Source of the DNA: Armatimonadota bacterium
Lineage (GTDB): Bacteria; Armatimonadota; Zipacnadia; Zipacnadales; UBA5352
Assembly (NCBI GenBank): GCA_034722055.1
Contig: JAYENL010000314.1
Location: 1 to 64,000 of the forward strand
Reading direction: 5' to 3'
DNA: 64,000 bases
Numbering within the stretch: position 1 is the stretch's first letter; every line of letters begins with the position of its first letter. This document shows positions 46,996-56,792 of this stretch, piece after piece. The translations under genes and the position numbers were made by a program. The notes beneath the pieces are model-generated. The model worked only from the letters and a program-made list of their open reading frames with translations. It had not been told where the DNA came from and ran no database searches.

Positions 46996-49902
46996 ATGGT
47001 GCGCCGGATCGTCATCGCTGTGATGGCTCTGAGCATGGTCGCGTTGTGCGTGGCGCGGGACGAGGAGTACCGCGCCGTGCGCGCCGAGCTGGAGGGGGCC
47101 ACCTCGCTGTGGACCGTGGACACGCCCGTTCTGGAGACCACCGAGGATGCCAAGTACCAGACCGAGCGCTACGGTGAGGACTTCACCTACGTCCTGCACG
47201 GCCTGCCGCCCGGCCCGGCGCGGCTGAAGCTGGGCCTGTGCGAGAATCGCTGGACTGAGCCGGGGGAGCGCGTCTTCGACGTCCAGGTGAACGGGCGCAC
47301 GGTGATTGACGACTATGACATCCTCGAGCACACCGCGATGAACGAGGCGGTGACCGTAAGCGCGGACATCACCATTCCCGAGGGCGAGCCGCTGCGCGTC
47401 CGGTTCGTGGCCGAGACGGATAACGCCAAGGTCAACGTCATCCGCATCTACACCGCCGAGTGGGTGCTGGAGACCACGCCCCGGGACGAGAAGAGCGCCG
47501 CGCTGCAGCCCGAGCAGCGCGACCTGCCAGCCTCCGAGGACGTCTGGGAGACGCAGCTTGGGAGGCTGGGCAGCCGCGTGGCCATCAATCCTCGGCCCCA
47601 GCGGGGCGTCTGGTGGCAGAGCCCTTTGGGCCATGCCGAGTATCGCAGCGCGTACTTCGACCCCGAGACCGTGGACTTCGCGCAGCAGCCCGCCCGGTAC
47701 ATCTTCGGGGTGAAGGTAGGGGACCTGGCGATCTCGATGCCCTTCGATGACCGCCTGCCCCACTTCTCGAAGATCGACCAGAGCGAGACCATGACGCGCC
47801 TGAGCTACGAGTGCAGCTCCCCGGAGCTGCCTGTTGACGTGCGCTTCACCTGGGGGGCACCATTCTATCCGCAGGACGTGAAGCTCTCGGTGGCTCCCTA
47901 TCTGACGCTGGAGGTGGCGGTGACCGGCAACGACCCGCAGGAGCAGTCCGGACAGGTGCTCATCGGCCGCTCCCTGCCCATCGGCGATCCCATGATGGCC
48001 TTCTCCCACGAGGGAATCACCGGGCTGCGCCGCACTCCGGAGGTCTTCGAGATCCCCACAGAGGAGCGGTGGGTGGTTGACGAGACGGAGGGCGTGCACC
48101 TGCACACCACCGGCCTGCCCCTGGGCGAGGGGCTGCCCGAGGACTCCGGCGCCACGGAGAAGGACAGTGACGGGCGGGTCATCCTGCCGCTGATGTGGGA
48201 CCAGCCCTACGGCGGCCTGGCATGGGACTTCACGGTGCAGCCGGGGGAGACGAGGCGCTGCCGCATCGTCTACATCGGCTGGGTCGATGGCACCGTGCAG
48301 ACGATCAATGACGTGGAGCACCGCTTCAAGTACCACGAGCTGTTTGACAGCCCCGATGTCCTCGCACGCTACGCCTTCGACAACTGGGATGAGATCCAGC
48401 GGCGCTGCGCGGTGTTCGAGCGCACGGTCTCGGAGGCCACCATCCCCGAGGCATTGCGCCAGTTCCTGGCGTTCGCAACGCACAGCTACCTGGTCAACAC
48501 CTGGTGGACCATCTCCCCCGAGGGGCGGGACTGGTTCACCGTCTGGGAGGGCTGCTGCCAGCTCCAGTCCACCGTCGATGTGGAGTACAACGTCGCGCCG
48601 CTGTACTTCCACATGTGGCCGGAGCTGCTGCGCATGGAGCTTGACGAGTGGGTGGGGCATATCTGGGACGGCGTGCTGGCCCACGACATGGGGGTCGGCC
48701 TGCAGGTGGATCAGATGGCCTACTGGCACCCCATGGAGATCGAGGAGAACACCAACTTCGTGCTGCTGTTGCACCAGTACTGGGCCTGGACCGGCGACGA
48801 GGAGGCGGTGCGGCGGCACTTCGAGTCCGTCCGGGAGCTGCTGAAGTGGGTGACCGACGCGGACACGGACGGCGACGGCTTCCCGGAGCAGGGCCTCTAC
48901 AACACCATCGACCAGGGCTCGGCGGCCATCCAGTACGCCTCGGATCAGGTCTACCTGGCGGTCAGATCGATGGCCGCCTACGCCGCCGGGGCGCGCATGG
49001 CCGAGCTGGTGGGCCGGCCGGAGGACGCCACCCGCTGGACGCAGCGGGTGCGGCTTACGGCCCGCACGCTGGCCCAGGAGGGGTGGCTGGACGACCACTA
49101 CGTAGTGGCGCTGAACCAGACGCGCGATGTCGAGCCGGCGGCGGCCCCGGCCGGGCCGCCGGTCGAGGACTATGGCATGGGCGGGGACTTCGGCATGATG
49201 GATGGCGGGGCCGGGGAGTACGCCGGCTACGACCCGGTGAGCATGACGGAGACGGCCCAGCCGATCAGCGGCTGGGACAGCTACTCCATCTACACCACCA
49301 ACGGGCTGCTGTATCCGATGCGCTCGGGGATGGAGGTTGGCGGCCTGGACCTGGAGCGCCTCCGCCGCGACCTCCGGCGCGCCGCCGGGGAGACCATGCA
49401 GGGTTACGGCTCCCCGCACACCAGCCACGAGGAGAACATGTGGGTGTCGCAGAACATCTGGCGGGACATGGCGGCGGCCTACCTGGGCATCGACTACGTG
49501 GACAACATCGAGCGCTACTGGGACCTGCAGCGGTACATCAACACCCGCAAGTTCGGGGCCTTCACCGATGTCTACGTCTATGGCAGGGATTCCACCTCGC
49601 TGGACTACTACCCCCGTGGCGTGGCGGCGTACGGGCTCTATGCGGCGCTGGCGGGTCTGCAGTTTGATCGCACTCGCGGGGTGCTCTCGCTCTCGCCCCT
49701 GCGCACGCCGCTGCGCCTGCCCCTGACCATGTTCGCGGACTGGGAGGCGGAGCGCATCCCGTGGCTGATCGTGGAGGGCGACCCCTCGGAGCCGGCAGTT
49801 CGGATCGAGGGCGGCGAGCTGCCAGAGGGGATGCAGGTGCGACTGCGCCCGCGCGGGCAGCCCTTCGCTGATGGTGAGCGCATCCAGCTCGGTGGCGAGT
49901 AG
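46996..49902 (+). CDS. Secreted malectin-domain + DUF4965/glutaminase-A-like six-hairpin glycoside hydrolase
   Basis: Signal peptide; malectin-like YQTERYG and GERVFDVQVNG; STVDVEY, AHDMG and MEIEENTN motifs; AGGAGG RBS. Confidence 0.75.
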   Translation: MVRRIVIAVMALSMVALCVARDEEYRAVRAELEGATSLWTVDTPVLETTEDAKYQTERYGEDFTYVLHGLPPGPARLKLGLCENRWTEPGERVFDVQVNGRTVIDDYDILEHTAMNEAVTVSADITIPEGEPLRVRFVAETDNAKVNVIRIYTAEWVLETTPRDEKSAALQPEQRDLPASEDVWETQLGRLGSRVAINPRPQRGVWWQSPLGHAEYRSAYFDPETVDFAQQPARYIFGVKVGDLAISMPFDDRLPHFSKIDQSETMTRLSYECSSPELPVDVRFTWGAPFYPQDVKLSVAPYLTLEVAVTGNDPQEQSGQVLIGRSLPIGDPMMAFSHEGITGLRRTPEVFEIPTEERWVVDETEGVHLHTTGLPLGEGLPEDSGATEKDSDGRVILPLMWDQPYGGLAWDFTVQPGETRRCRIVYIGWVDGTVQTINDVEHRFKYHELFDSPDVLARYAFDNWDEIQRRCAVFERTVSEATIPEALRQFLAFATHSYLVNTWWTISPEGRDWFTVWEGCCQLQSTVDVEYNVAPLYFHMWPELLRMELDEWVGHIWDGVLAHDMGVGLQVDQMAYWHPMEIEENTNFVLLLHQYWAWTGDEEAVRRHFESVRELLKWVTDADTDGDGFPEQGLYNTIDQGSAAIQYASDQVYLAVRSMAAYAAGARMAELVGRPEDATRWTQRVRLTARTLAQEGWLDDHYVVALNQTRDVEPAAAPAGPPVEDYGMGGDFGMMDGGAGEYAGYDPVSMTETAQPISGWDSYSIYTTNGLLYPMRSGMEVGGLDLERLRRDLRRAAGETMQGYGSPHTSHEENMWVSQNIWRDMAAAYLGIDYVDNIERYWDLQRYINTRKFGAFTDVYVYGRDSTSLDYYPRGVAAYGLYAALAGLQFDRTRGVLSLSPLRTPLRLPLTMFADWEAERIPWLIVEGDPSEPAVRIEGGELPEGMQVRLRPRGQPFADGERIQLGGE

Positions 49903-49917
49903 CCGGAGGTGCCGACA

Positions 49918-52152
49918 GTGGCGGAGTGCATGCGCGAGCGAACCACCGACAGCTACGACATCTGCGTGGTGGGCGGGGGGTTGGCAGGCATCTGCGCCGC
50001 GCTGGCCGCGGCCCGCCACGGCGCGCGCACGGCGCTGGTGGATGACCGCCCGGTGCTGGGAGGCTGCTCCAGCACGGAGCTGCGCGTGCCGGCCTGCGGG
50101 GCGGGCTATCACAACCCCTGGGGCACCGAGACGGGGATCATCCACGAGCTGATTCTGGAGGACCGCGCCCGCAACCACGCCGAGGTCGGCTACGGGCAGG
50201 CGAACGCCATCTGGGAGATGGTGCTCTATGACGCCTGCCGCCGGGAGCCGAGCCTGGAGATGCATCTCAACACCTGCATCGACGAGGTGCAGATGGCCGA
50301 CGCCCGCGCCATCGGGCTGGTCAGCGGCCCCCAGTCGCACAGCGGCACCAGGCTGCGCATCCCCGCGCGGCTGTTCATCGACTGCTCCGGCGACGGCTGC
50401 GTGGGTGTGGGCGCCGGAGTGCCCTTTCGCGTCGGCCCGGAGGCGCGCGGGGAGTACGGTGAGAGCTTCGCGCCCGAGGAGCCGGACGATTTCGTGATGG
50501 GCTCCAGCCTCATCTTCCGGGCGGTGGACACCGGCCGGGAGGTGCCCTTCGAGCCGCCGGAGTGGGCGGAGAGGTATGACTTCCCCGACGGCATCCCGTA
50601 TCGCTCCACGCGCGACTTCACCGGCGGCTACTGGTGGATCGAGATCGGCTGGCCGCTGGATACCCTCCACGATGACCCGCAGATCCGCGACGAGCTGCTG
50701 AGCCACCTCTTCGGCGTCTGGGATCACATCAAGAACCGCGGCCGCGAGCGCGAGGAGGCGCGCACCTGGGCACTCGACTGGGTGGGCTTTCTGCCCGCAC
50801 GGCGGGAGAGCCGGCGCTTCGTCGGCGCACACGTGCTGACCCAGCAGGAGATCCAGGGCGCGGAGCGCTTCCCCGACACCGTCGCGGTCGGTGGCTGGTC
50901 GATCGACGATCACACGCGGGGCGGGATCACCGCGCTGGACAAGCGCCCCTCCTTCGACCGCGTGCGGGTGGCGGACTACCTGGTGACGCCCTACCCGGTG
51001 CCGCTGCGCAGCCTCTACGCCGAGGAGGTCGAGAACCTGCTCTTCGCCGGGCGGGTGCTCAGCGCCAGCCGGGTGGCCTTCTGCTCTCTGCGCGTGCAGC
51101 AGACGCTGGCGACCACGGGCCAGGCGGCGGGCACGGCCGCCGCCTGGTGCATCGAGCGCGACTGCCGGCCGCACGAGATCGATGACCCCCGGCCCATCCA
51201 GCAGCGCCTTCTGCGGGATGACGCCTGGCTGCCGGGAGTGCAGGAGGACAATCTGGCGCGGGACGTGCGCGGCGCGCGGGCCTCGGCCTCGAGCGAGGCC
51301 GCCCTGCGCCCGGAGGCGGCGCAGGACGGCGCCGACCTGGCGGCCCAGCCTGCGGGGCTGATGCCGGTCTCCGAGGACCGCATTGAGCGCGTGGCCCTGT
51401 TCCTCGACAACCAGGAGGGCGAGGCGGAGATCACGCTGCGCATCTATCGGGCGTCGAACGTGTGGGACCTGGATGCGCTTGAACGCGAGCCGCTCGCGTC
51501 GGCGACCGCCGCGGTCCCCTACGGCAGCGGGTGGGTGGATGTGAGCATTGACATGGACGCCGAGCCCGGGGCCCTGTACTGGTTCCGCGCTGAGGGCCCC
51601 GACGAGATCATGTGGCGGTTCGCCGAGGAGATGGCGCCGGGGACGGCCGCGTGCCACCTGCGGCCGGATGGCACCCGCTGGTTCGCCGGTGGTGGTCGGG
51701 GAGGCTGGCGATCCATGGCGCTGCGCGTCGCCCCGGAGAGCCGGCCCTTCGGACCTGACCAGGCCATCAACGGCTGCGCCCGGCCCGACCGGGCCGCGAA
51801 CCTGTGGATCTCCGATCCTCACCAGCCGCTGCCGCAGTGGCTGGAGGTTGAGCTGGCTGAGCCCACCGAGATCGACGCTGCTGCCATCATCTTCGATACG
51901 AACCTGTCGCGTACCAACGGCGCCATGCCGGGACTGATGCGCGCGCCCGAGTGCGTTCGCGACTACCGGCTGGAGGCTGAGGCGGACGGCGGCTGGGAGG
52001 AGCTGGCGCGAGTGACGGGCAACTACCACAGGCGCCGGGAGCACCGCTTCGAGCCGGTGATCGTCCGACGCGTGCGCCTGACCGTCGAGGCCACCAACGG
52101 CGATCCCTCGGCGCGCGTCTGCGCTTTGAGACTCTACCGTGACGGGCGATGA
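49918..52152 (+). CDS. FAD-dependent oxidoreductase (FAD_oxidored family) with C-terminal discoidin/F5-8-like domain
   Basis: VVGGGLAGICAA, LGGCSSTE, IDCSGDG, RRESRR and ENLLFAGR motifs; start uncertain (49909, 49918 or 49930). Confidence 0.85.
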   Translation: MAECMRERTTDSYDICVVGGGLAGICAALAAARHGARTALVDDRPVLGGCSSTELRVPACGAGYHNPWGTETGIIHELILEDRARNHAEVGYGQANAIWEMVLYDACRREPSLEMHLNTCIDEVQMADARAIGLVSGPQSHSGTRLRIPARLFIDCSGDGCVGVGAGVPFRVGPEARGEYGESFAPEEPDDFVMGSSLIFRAVDTGREVPFEPPEWAERYDFPDGIPYRSTRDFTGGYWWIEIGWPLDTLHDDPQIRDELLSHLFGVWDHIKNRGREREEARTWALDWVGFLPARRESRRFVGAHVLTQQEIQGAERFPDTVAVGGWSIDDHTRGGITALDKRPSFDRVRVADYLVTPYPVPLRSLYAEEVENLLFAGRVLSASRVAFCSLRVQQTLATTGQAAGTAAAWCIERDCRPHEIDDPRPIQQRLLRDDAWLPGVQEDNLARDVRGARASASSEAALRPEAAQDGADLAAQPAGLMPVSEDRIERVALFLDNQEGEAEITLRIYRASNVWDLDALEREPLASATAAVPYGSGWVDVSIDMDAEPGALYWFRAEGPDEIMWRFAEEMAPGTAACHLRPDGTRWFAGGGRGGWRSMALRVAPESRPFGPDQAINGCARPDRAANLWISDPHQPLPQWLEVELAEPTEIDAAAIIFDTNLSRTNGAMPGLMRAPECVRDYRLEAEADGGWEELARVTGNYHRRREHRFEPVIVRRVRLTVEATNGDPSARVCALRLYRDGR

Positions 52153-52172
52153 CGCACCGGGAGGCGACCTTC

Positions 52173-53567
52173 ATGTCTGACCTGCGGGCGGGAGTCGCGA
52201 CCATCGACATCACGCCACCCATCGGGCTGACCATGGCGGGCTATGGCGCGCGCACGCGGCCCTCCGACGGCATCGAGGACCCGCTGCTGGCCTACGCCCT
52301 GGCGCTGGAGCAGGGCGACGAGGCCTCCGCGATGGTGGTGGGCGACCTCATCGGCGTCCCCGAAGAGCTGTGCGGCAGAATCCGCGAGCGGGTGGAGGAG
52401 CTGTGCGACCTCGACGGCGATCGGGTCCTTGTATGTGGCACTCACACGCACTGGGGGCCGGTGCTGCAGGCGACCGGGTACCTTCCAGAGGACCTGCGCG
52501 AGGCGGTCTCCGAGGACTACACGGCGACGGTCGTCCGGCAGATGGCCGGCGCGGTGGCGGAGGCGTGGCGTCTGCGGGAGCCGGCCACGGCGCTGGCGGG
52601 GACCGGCCATGCCGACCTGGTGAAGTTCAACCGGCGGCCCGTGAACGCCGGGGGAAAGACGGAGATGAACCTGCGGCTGCCTCTGGAGCAGGCGCTGACG
52701 GCATCCCGTGTGGGGGCGGAGCTGGCGGAGACCTGGGAGCCAGGCGGCGGGCCGGGCGAGCGCCTCAGCGAGCCCCTGGATGAACTGGACGGGCTCCGCG
52801 TGGGGCCGGCCAACACCGACCTGCCGGTGCTGAAGCTGATGCGACCGGACGGCTCGCCGCTGGCGGCCGTCATGGTCTTCGGCTGCCATCCCGTCTGCGG
52901 CGCTGACCCGGACACCACGTTCTACCGCTACTCGGCAGACTGGCCGCGCTACGCCCGGCGCGTGGTGGAGCTGACGCTGGGCTGCCCGGCGATGCTGCTG
53001 CTGGGCTGCGCCGGGGATCAGGTGCCCGTGCGCCGGGGCGGCGAGTCCCGGCAGCGCACCGGGCACTCCGTGGGCGCGGAGGCCGTTCGCGTCTGGGAGC
53101 TCATCGAGGGGGAGTCAATCGGGCCGCTGCGGATCGCCAGCCGGACGGTGGAGCTGCCTCTGCGGGACCTGCCCAGCGTCGAGGAGGCGCGGGCGGCGCT
53201 GGAGGCCACCGACGATCCCGAGGGCAAAGGCGCCATGCGCGAGCGCCACACCCTCTCGCAGGCCGAGCGCTTCGAGGGGATGGAGGCCGTGCCTGTGCAG
53301 GCCTGGGGCATGTCGCTGGGCGAGCAGTGGGGACTCGTGGGGCTGCCGGGCGAGGTGCTGTGCGAGTTCGAGCTGCAGATTCGCCAGCGGACGCCCTTCG
53401 CGAACACGGCGGTGGTGGAGCTGGCGCTGGGGAGCCCCGGGTACCTGCCGACCGACCCGTCCATCGACGAGGGCGGCTACGAGCCGGGCTGGTCGCCCTT
53501 CGGCAAGGGCACGGAGGCGGCGGCCGTGGAGGGGGCTGTCGCGACACTCGAGGAGTGCGCGGGCTGA
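52173..53567 (+). CDS. Neutral/alkaline ceramidase-like metallohydrolase
   Basis: DITPP.G..MAGY, DPL.A.AL, GTHTHWGP, NRR, CHP, SADWP, GCAGD, LPGE and GYLP..GGYE motifs. Confidence 0.8.
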   Translation: MSDLRAGVATIDITPPIGLTMAGYGARTRPSDGIEDPLLAYALALEQGDEASAMVVGDLIGVPEELCGRIRERVEELCDLDGDRVLVCGTHTHWGPVLQATGYLPEDLREAVSEDYTATVVRQMAGAVAEAWRLREPATALAGTGHADLVKFNRRPVNAGGKTEMNLRLPLEQALTASRVGAELAETWEPGGGPGERLSEPLDELDGLRVGPANTDLPVLKLMRPDGSPLAAVMVFGCHPVCGADPDTTFYRYSADWPRYARRVVELTLGCPAMLLLGCAGDQVPVRRGGESRQRTGHSVGAEAVRVWELIEGESIGPLRIASRTVELPLRDLPSVEEARAALEATDDPEGKGAMRERHTLSQAERFEGMEAVPVQAWGMSLGEQWGLVGLPGEVLCEFELQIRQRTPFANTAVVELALGSPGYLPTDPSIDEGGYEPGWSPFGKGTEAAAVEGAVATLEECAG

Positions 53568-53585
53568 GCGTGGAGGAGGCACGGC

Positions 53586-54140
53586 GTGAGCATGTCGGAG
53601 CGGATCGGCCGCCACGCTGAGATGGAGTGCGTCTCCCGCCTGGCGACCGAGGAGGACCTGCCGGTGCTGGCCATCTTCGAGCGGGAGCTGGCCCGGCTGT
53701 CGTTCCCCGAGGACCCCATCCTGGACCTGGAGTATCACACCGAGAAGCTGCAGCGGGCCATAGAGCGGGAGCCGGAGGGCATGATCGTGCAGACGGTGAC
53801 CTCCGAGGAGTCGGTCGCCGGTGATGAGATCGCCGCCTGGATGTGGCTGATGACGAAGAGGACGCTGGCGACCGGCGAGCCCTACGGCGTGCTGCGCAGC
53901 CTCTACGTGCGGCGGCGGTACCGGCGGCACGGGCTGGCGCTGAGCCTGGCGGAGTATGCCCTGCGCTACTTCGCCCGGCGCGACGTGAAGAAGATCATGG
54001 CCAAGGTCCACACTGAGAACAAGCCGGCGGTGCAGGTGCTGCGGCGCGTGGGCTTCGAGCCCCTGCACACCACGCTGCAGTACCGCCTGCAGCCCGGCGA
54101 GCCCTACTTCTTCGACGAGGAGGACGAGGAGGAGCTCTGA
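53586..54140 (+). CDS. GNAT family N-acetyltransferase
   Basis: LYVRRRYRRHGLA (motif A) and ENKPA...GF; GGAGGAGG RBS. Confidence 0.85.
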   Translation: MSMSERIGRHAEMECVSRLATEEDLPVLAIFERELARLSFPEDPILDLEYHTEKLQRAIEREPEGMIVQTVTSEESVAGDEIAAWMWLMTKRTLATGEPYGVLRSLYVRRRYRRHGLALSLAEYALRYFARRDVKKIMAKVHTENKPAVQVLRRVGFEPLHTTLQYRLQPGEPYFFDEEDEEEL

Positions 54141-54144
54141 CGGC

Positions 54145-56763
54145 TCAGCCCTCCGCCGTCCGCAGCAGCGTGTCGGCGATATGGAAGCGGCAGGGTCTGG
54201 GGATGCCCCAGCCGGGGTAGTACATCATCTTGATGAGCTCCCCGCGTATCTCCATCCCCGGCTCGTCTCGGGAGTAGATCATCGAGCCGGTCTCCCTGGC
54301 CTCCACGCGGTCGATGATGAAGGCCTGCGTCAGCGTCCCGCCCAGGTCCACCACCAGGCACCGTCCCTCCAGCCCCTCCGGCAGCTCCGCGTCGGTCTCG
54401 AAGGCGTCGAACTCGTCGCCGGCCTCGACTCGATGCGTGGCGATGACCTCACCCTGGTGCCAGCCGGGCCCGGAGAGGTCGATGTCCCCTGCGGCCAGGC
54501 GCGTGGCGTCAACCCCGTAGGCGTGCACGGGCCGGTCGCCGTCGAAGCGCAGGTGGGCGAAGCGGCCCGCGAAGGTCACGCCGCCGGCGGTGGCGTGTTC
54601 GGCGAAGGGGCCGTCATCGGCGGAGCTGAGGATCAGGTCGGTGCGGCCGTCGGCCAGCGTCACCCGCAGGCCGACGTCCATCGGCCCGCCCCACTGGACG
54701 GGCTCGATGGACTGCACGTTCGGCCGCCCCTGGAAGGCATCGTGGACCGCCACGAAGACCGACTCCCCGCTGGTGCGGCGCACGTCGATGAAGTCCGCGT
54801 ATCCCTCGTGGCGCATGGCCGGGCCGCGCGCGACGATCACTCGCGTCCCCGGCGCCCCCAGCACGTGCGTCCGGAGGCTGGAGCCGGCCTGGTAGTCGAA
54901 CTGCGCGGTCCACCCCTCTCCCGTGTCCGCGGCCCGCAGCATGTCCAGGTACTGGTGCAGCACGCCCTCCATGGGCGTGAGGTCCAGCGAGGTCGTCAGC
55001 GTGTAGGGGTCCTGCAGGCAGCCGTGCAGCATCCAGTCATGCGTCTCCCCGCCGCGGACGCGGAAGATGTCCACCGCGTAGACCTGGCTGCCGTCTATGC
55101 GCACCAGGGCCACCGTGCGGCGGTAGATCTCCGGCTCCGGATACCACGCGCGCTCGCCCTCGGCCTCCGCCACCTGCACGGTATCCCAGTCGGGGCAGAA
55201 GCAGCGCAGCTTGGGGTCATTGAGTGCGTTCCCGTGGCCGCCGTCCCGGTAGCGCCAGTTGGGGATGTCGATGGTCATGCCGGCGTGCTGCGAGATGCCC
55301 TCCATGGCGTCGGCCTCGGTAATCGGCCGCCGGTGGCTCTCGTGCGGGAAGCGCCCCTGCTGGTTCTGCTCGTCGATGACCACCGTGTTGTGCCCCGCGG
55401 TCATGGTCTGCCACTCGCGGGTGGAGGGCCAGTCGTCTGGGGCGCGGTACTTGGTCTCCGAGAGGTGCTCGCGGCCCCCGGCGAAGAGGATGATGCTCAG
55501 GGCGTCGTAGTGCTCGTGGCCGTGGGTGCCGGAGTAGTGGAGGTGAAGCTGCGCCTGGTCGTCGCCCTCGCCAGTCCCCAGGATGGCGTGCCCCATGCAG
55601 CCAAGGATGCGCGGGTAGGAGCGCTGGGGCTTGCTGTCCCACCAGGCGCCGTGGGGGAATGAGGCGTCGTGGAGCTTGGCGTAGTCCTTGTTCGGGAAGG
55701 TCAGCTTCTTGAGGGCGTCCCACATGCGCTGGTGCTGGCGGGCGTACTCCGCCGCCAGGTCCAGGTGGTCGTATCGCGGCAGGTCGATCTCGCAGGTGTA
55801 GCCGGGCGGGTCGGAGTAGCCCTCTACCGCCGCCGGCGCCCTCCGGGTCAGGCCCACAGTAATGTCTTTATGGTAGCTCGGCGAGCCCTCATGCCAGAAT
55901 CCGTCGGCGTAGTACATGGCGTTGATGATATAGCGATAGCGCTGCACGGCGATGTGCACGTAGTGGGGCTCGGGGATGGCCATGCCATACAGCGGCAGCG
56001 AGCGGAGCATGTAGTGCGTGAGGTTCCCCAGGCCCAGCGGCCGCTCCAGGTAATGCTCGGGGATGTGGCGGATCAGGTCTCGCTCGATCTGCTCCACCGC
56101 GCCCAACTGCTGCATGGCGCCCGAGGCGTGGATCATGTCAAAGGCCCGGACCACGGGCAGTCCGAACTCGATGTCGGAGACGAACCACACGCCCCACAGG
56201 CCGTTGGCGTCCCACGCCCGGCGGTAGGCCTCATCGTCCTGGTCGCGCAGCTGCCCCTCGCGCGTGACCAGCGGCCACTGCGGCATGACCTGTGCGTAGC
56301 GCTGCAGGATCAGCGCGCAGCGGCGGGCGGCGTTGGCGTCGCCGGTCAGCCGCCACAGGCGGGCCAGGTCCCAGGCCACCAGCCGCATGGCGATGTTGCT
56401 GTCATCCAGCGCACCGCGCTCGGTGATCTGCGCCCGCAGCTCATCCTCGGAGACCTCCAGCCAGGGAGCCGTCAGCGCCGCCAGGATTCGCGCCGCCCGC
56501 TCCCCGGGGTCCGCCTCTCCAGTGGTCTGGTGTAGCCGGAAGAGCAGGTCGGCCGCCGCGCGGGGCGGCGCGTTCTCCTCCGCGAGCGGCTGGCGCGGCT
56601 TCACGCTCGCCAGCAGCTCATCGTCGCTCTGCGGGAAGCGATCCTCGAGCCGCTCCCGCGTCGCTTCAGGATCGCACTCGTAGCTGAGGAACGGCCGCTG
56701 CGCCACGGCCTGTATCGTCGAGCTGACCAGGAGCACGACTGCCACCAGCAGCATTGCACGCAT
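54145..56763 (-). CDS. Secreted heparinase II/III-like polysaccharide lyase
   Basis: Signal peptide MRAMLL..; DGFWHEGSPSYH, GHEHYDALS and HNTVVID motifs; real start inside the longer track ORF. Confidence 0.8.
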   Translation of the reverse strand: MRAMLLVAVVLLVSSTIQAVAQRPFLSYECDPEATRERLEDRFPQSDDELLASVKPRQPLAEENAPPRAAADLLFRLHQTTGEADPGERAARILAALTAPWLEVSEDELRAQITERGALDDSNIAMRLVAWDLARLWRLTGDANAARRCALILQRYAQVMPQWPLVTREGQLRDQDDEAYRRAWDANGLWGVWFVSDIEFGLPVVRAFDMIHASGAMQQLGAVEQIERDLIRHIPEHYLERPLGLGNLTHYMLRSLPLYGMAIPEPHYVHIAVQRYRYIINAMYYADGFWHEGSPSYHKDITVGLTRRAPAAVEGYSDPPGYTCEIDLPRYDHLDLAAEYARQHQRMWDALKKLTFPNKDYAKLHDASFPHGAWWDSKPQRSYPRILGCMGHAILGTGEGDDQAQLHLHYSGTHGHEHYDALSIILFAGGREHLSETKYRAPDDWPSTREWQTMTAGHNTVVIDEQNQQGRFPHESHRRPITEADAMEGISQHAGMTIDIPNWRYRDGGHGNALNDPKLRCFCPDWDTVQVAEAEGERAWYPEPEIYRRTVALVRIDGSQVYAVDIFRVRGGETHDWMLHGCLQDPYTLTTSLDLTPMEGVLHQYLDMLRAADTGEGWTAQFDYQAGSSLRTHVLGAPGTRVIVARGPAMRHEGYADFIDVRRTSGESVFVAVHDAFQGRPNVQSIEPVQWGGPMDVGLRVTLADGRTDLILSSADDGPFAEHATAGGVTFAGRFAHLRFDGDRPVHAYGVDATRLAAGDIDLSGPGWHQGEVIATHRVEAGDEFDAFETDAELPEGLEGRCLVVDLGGTLTQAFIIDRVEARETGSMIYSRDEPGMEIRGELIKMMYYPGWGIPRPCRFHIADTLLRTAEG

Positions 56764-56792
56764 TGTCGCACGCTCCCGTCCCGTTTCCGCGG

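Noticed and set aside
46978..52044. 1688-aa minus-strand ORF, and similar long ORFs at 24230-27103, 30869-32677, 6779-8815, 13526-15457, 43462-45372 and 62354-63985
   Set aside because: Antisense shadows of recognisable genes; high GC3 suppresses stops in the mirrored frame, and the translations have no motifs.
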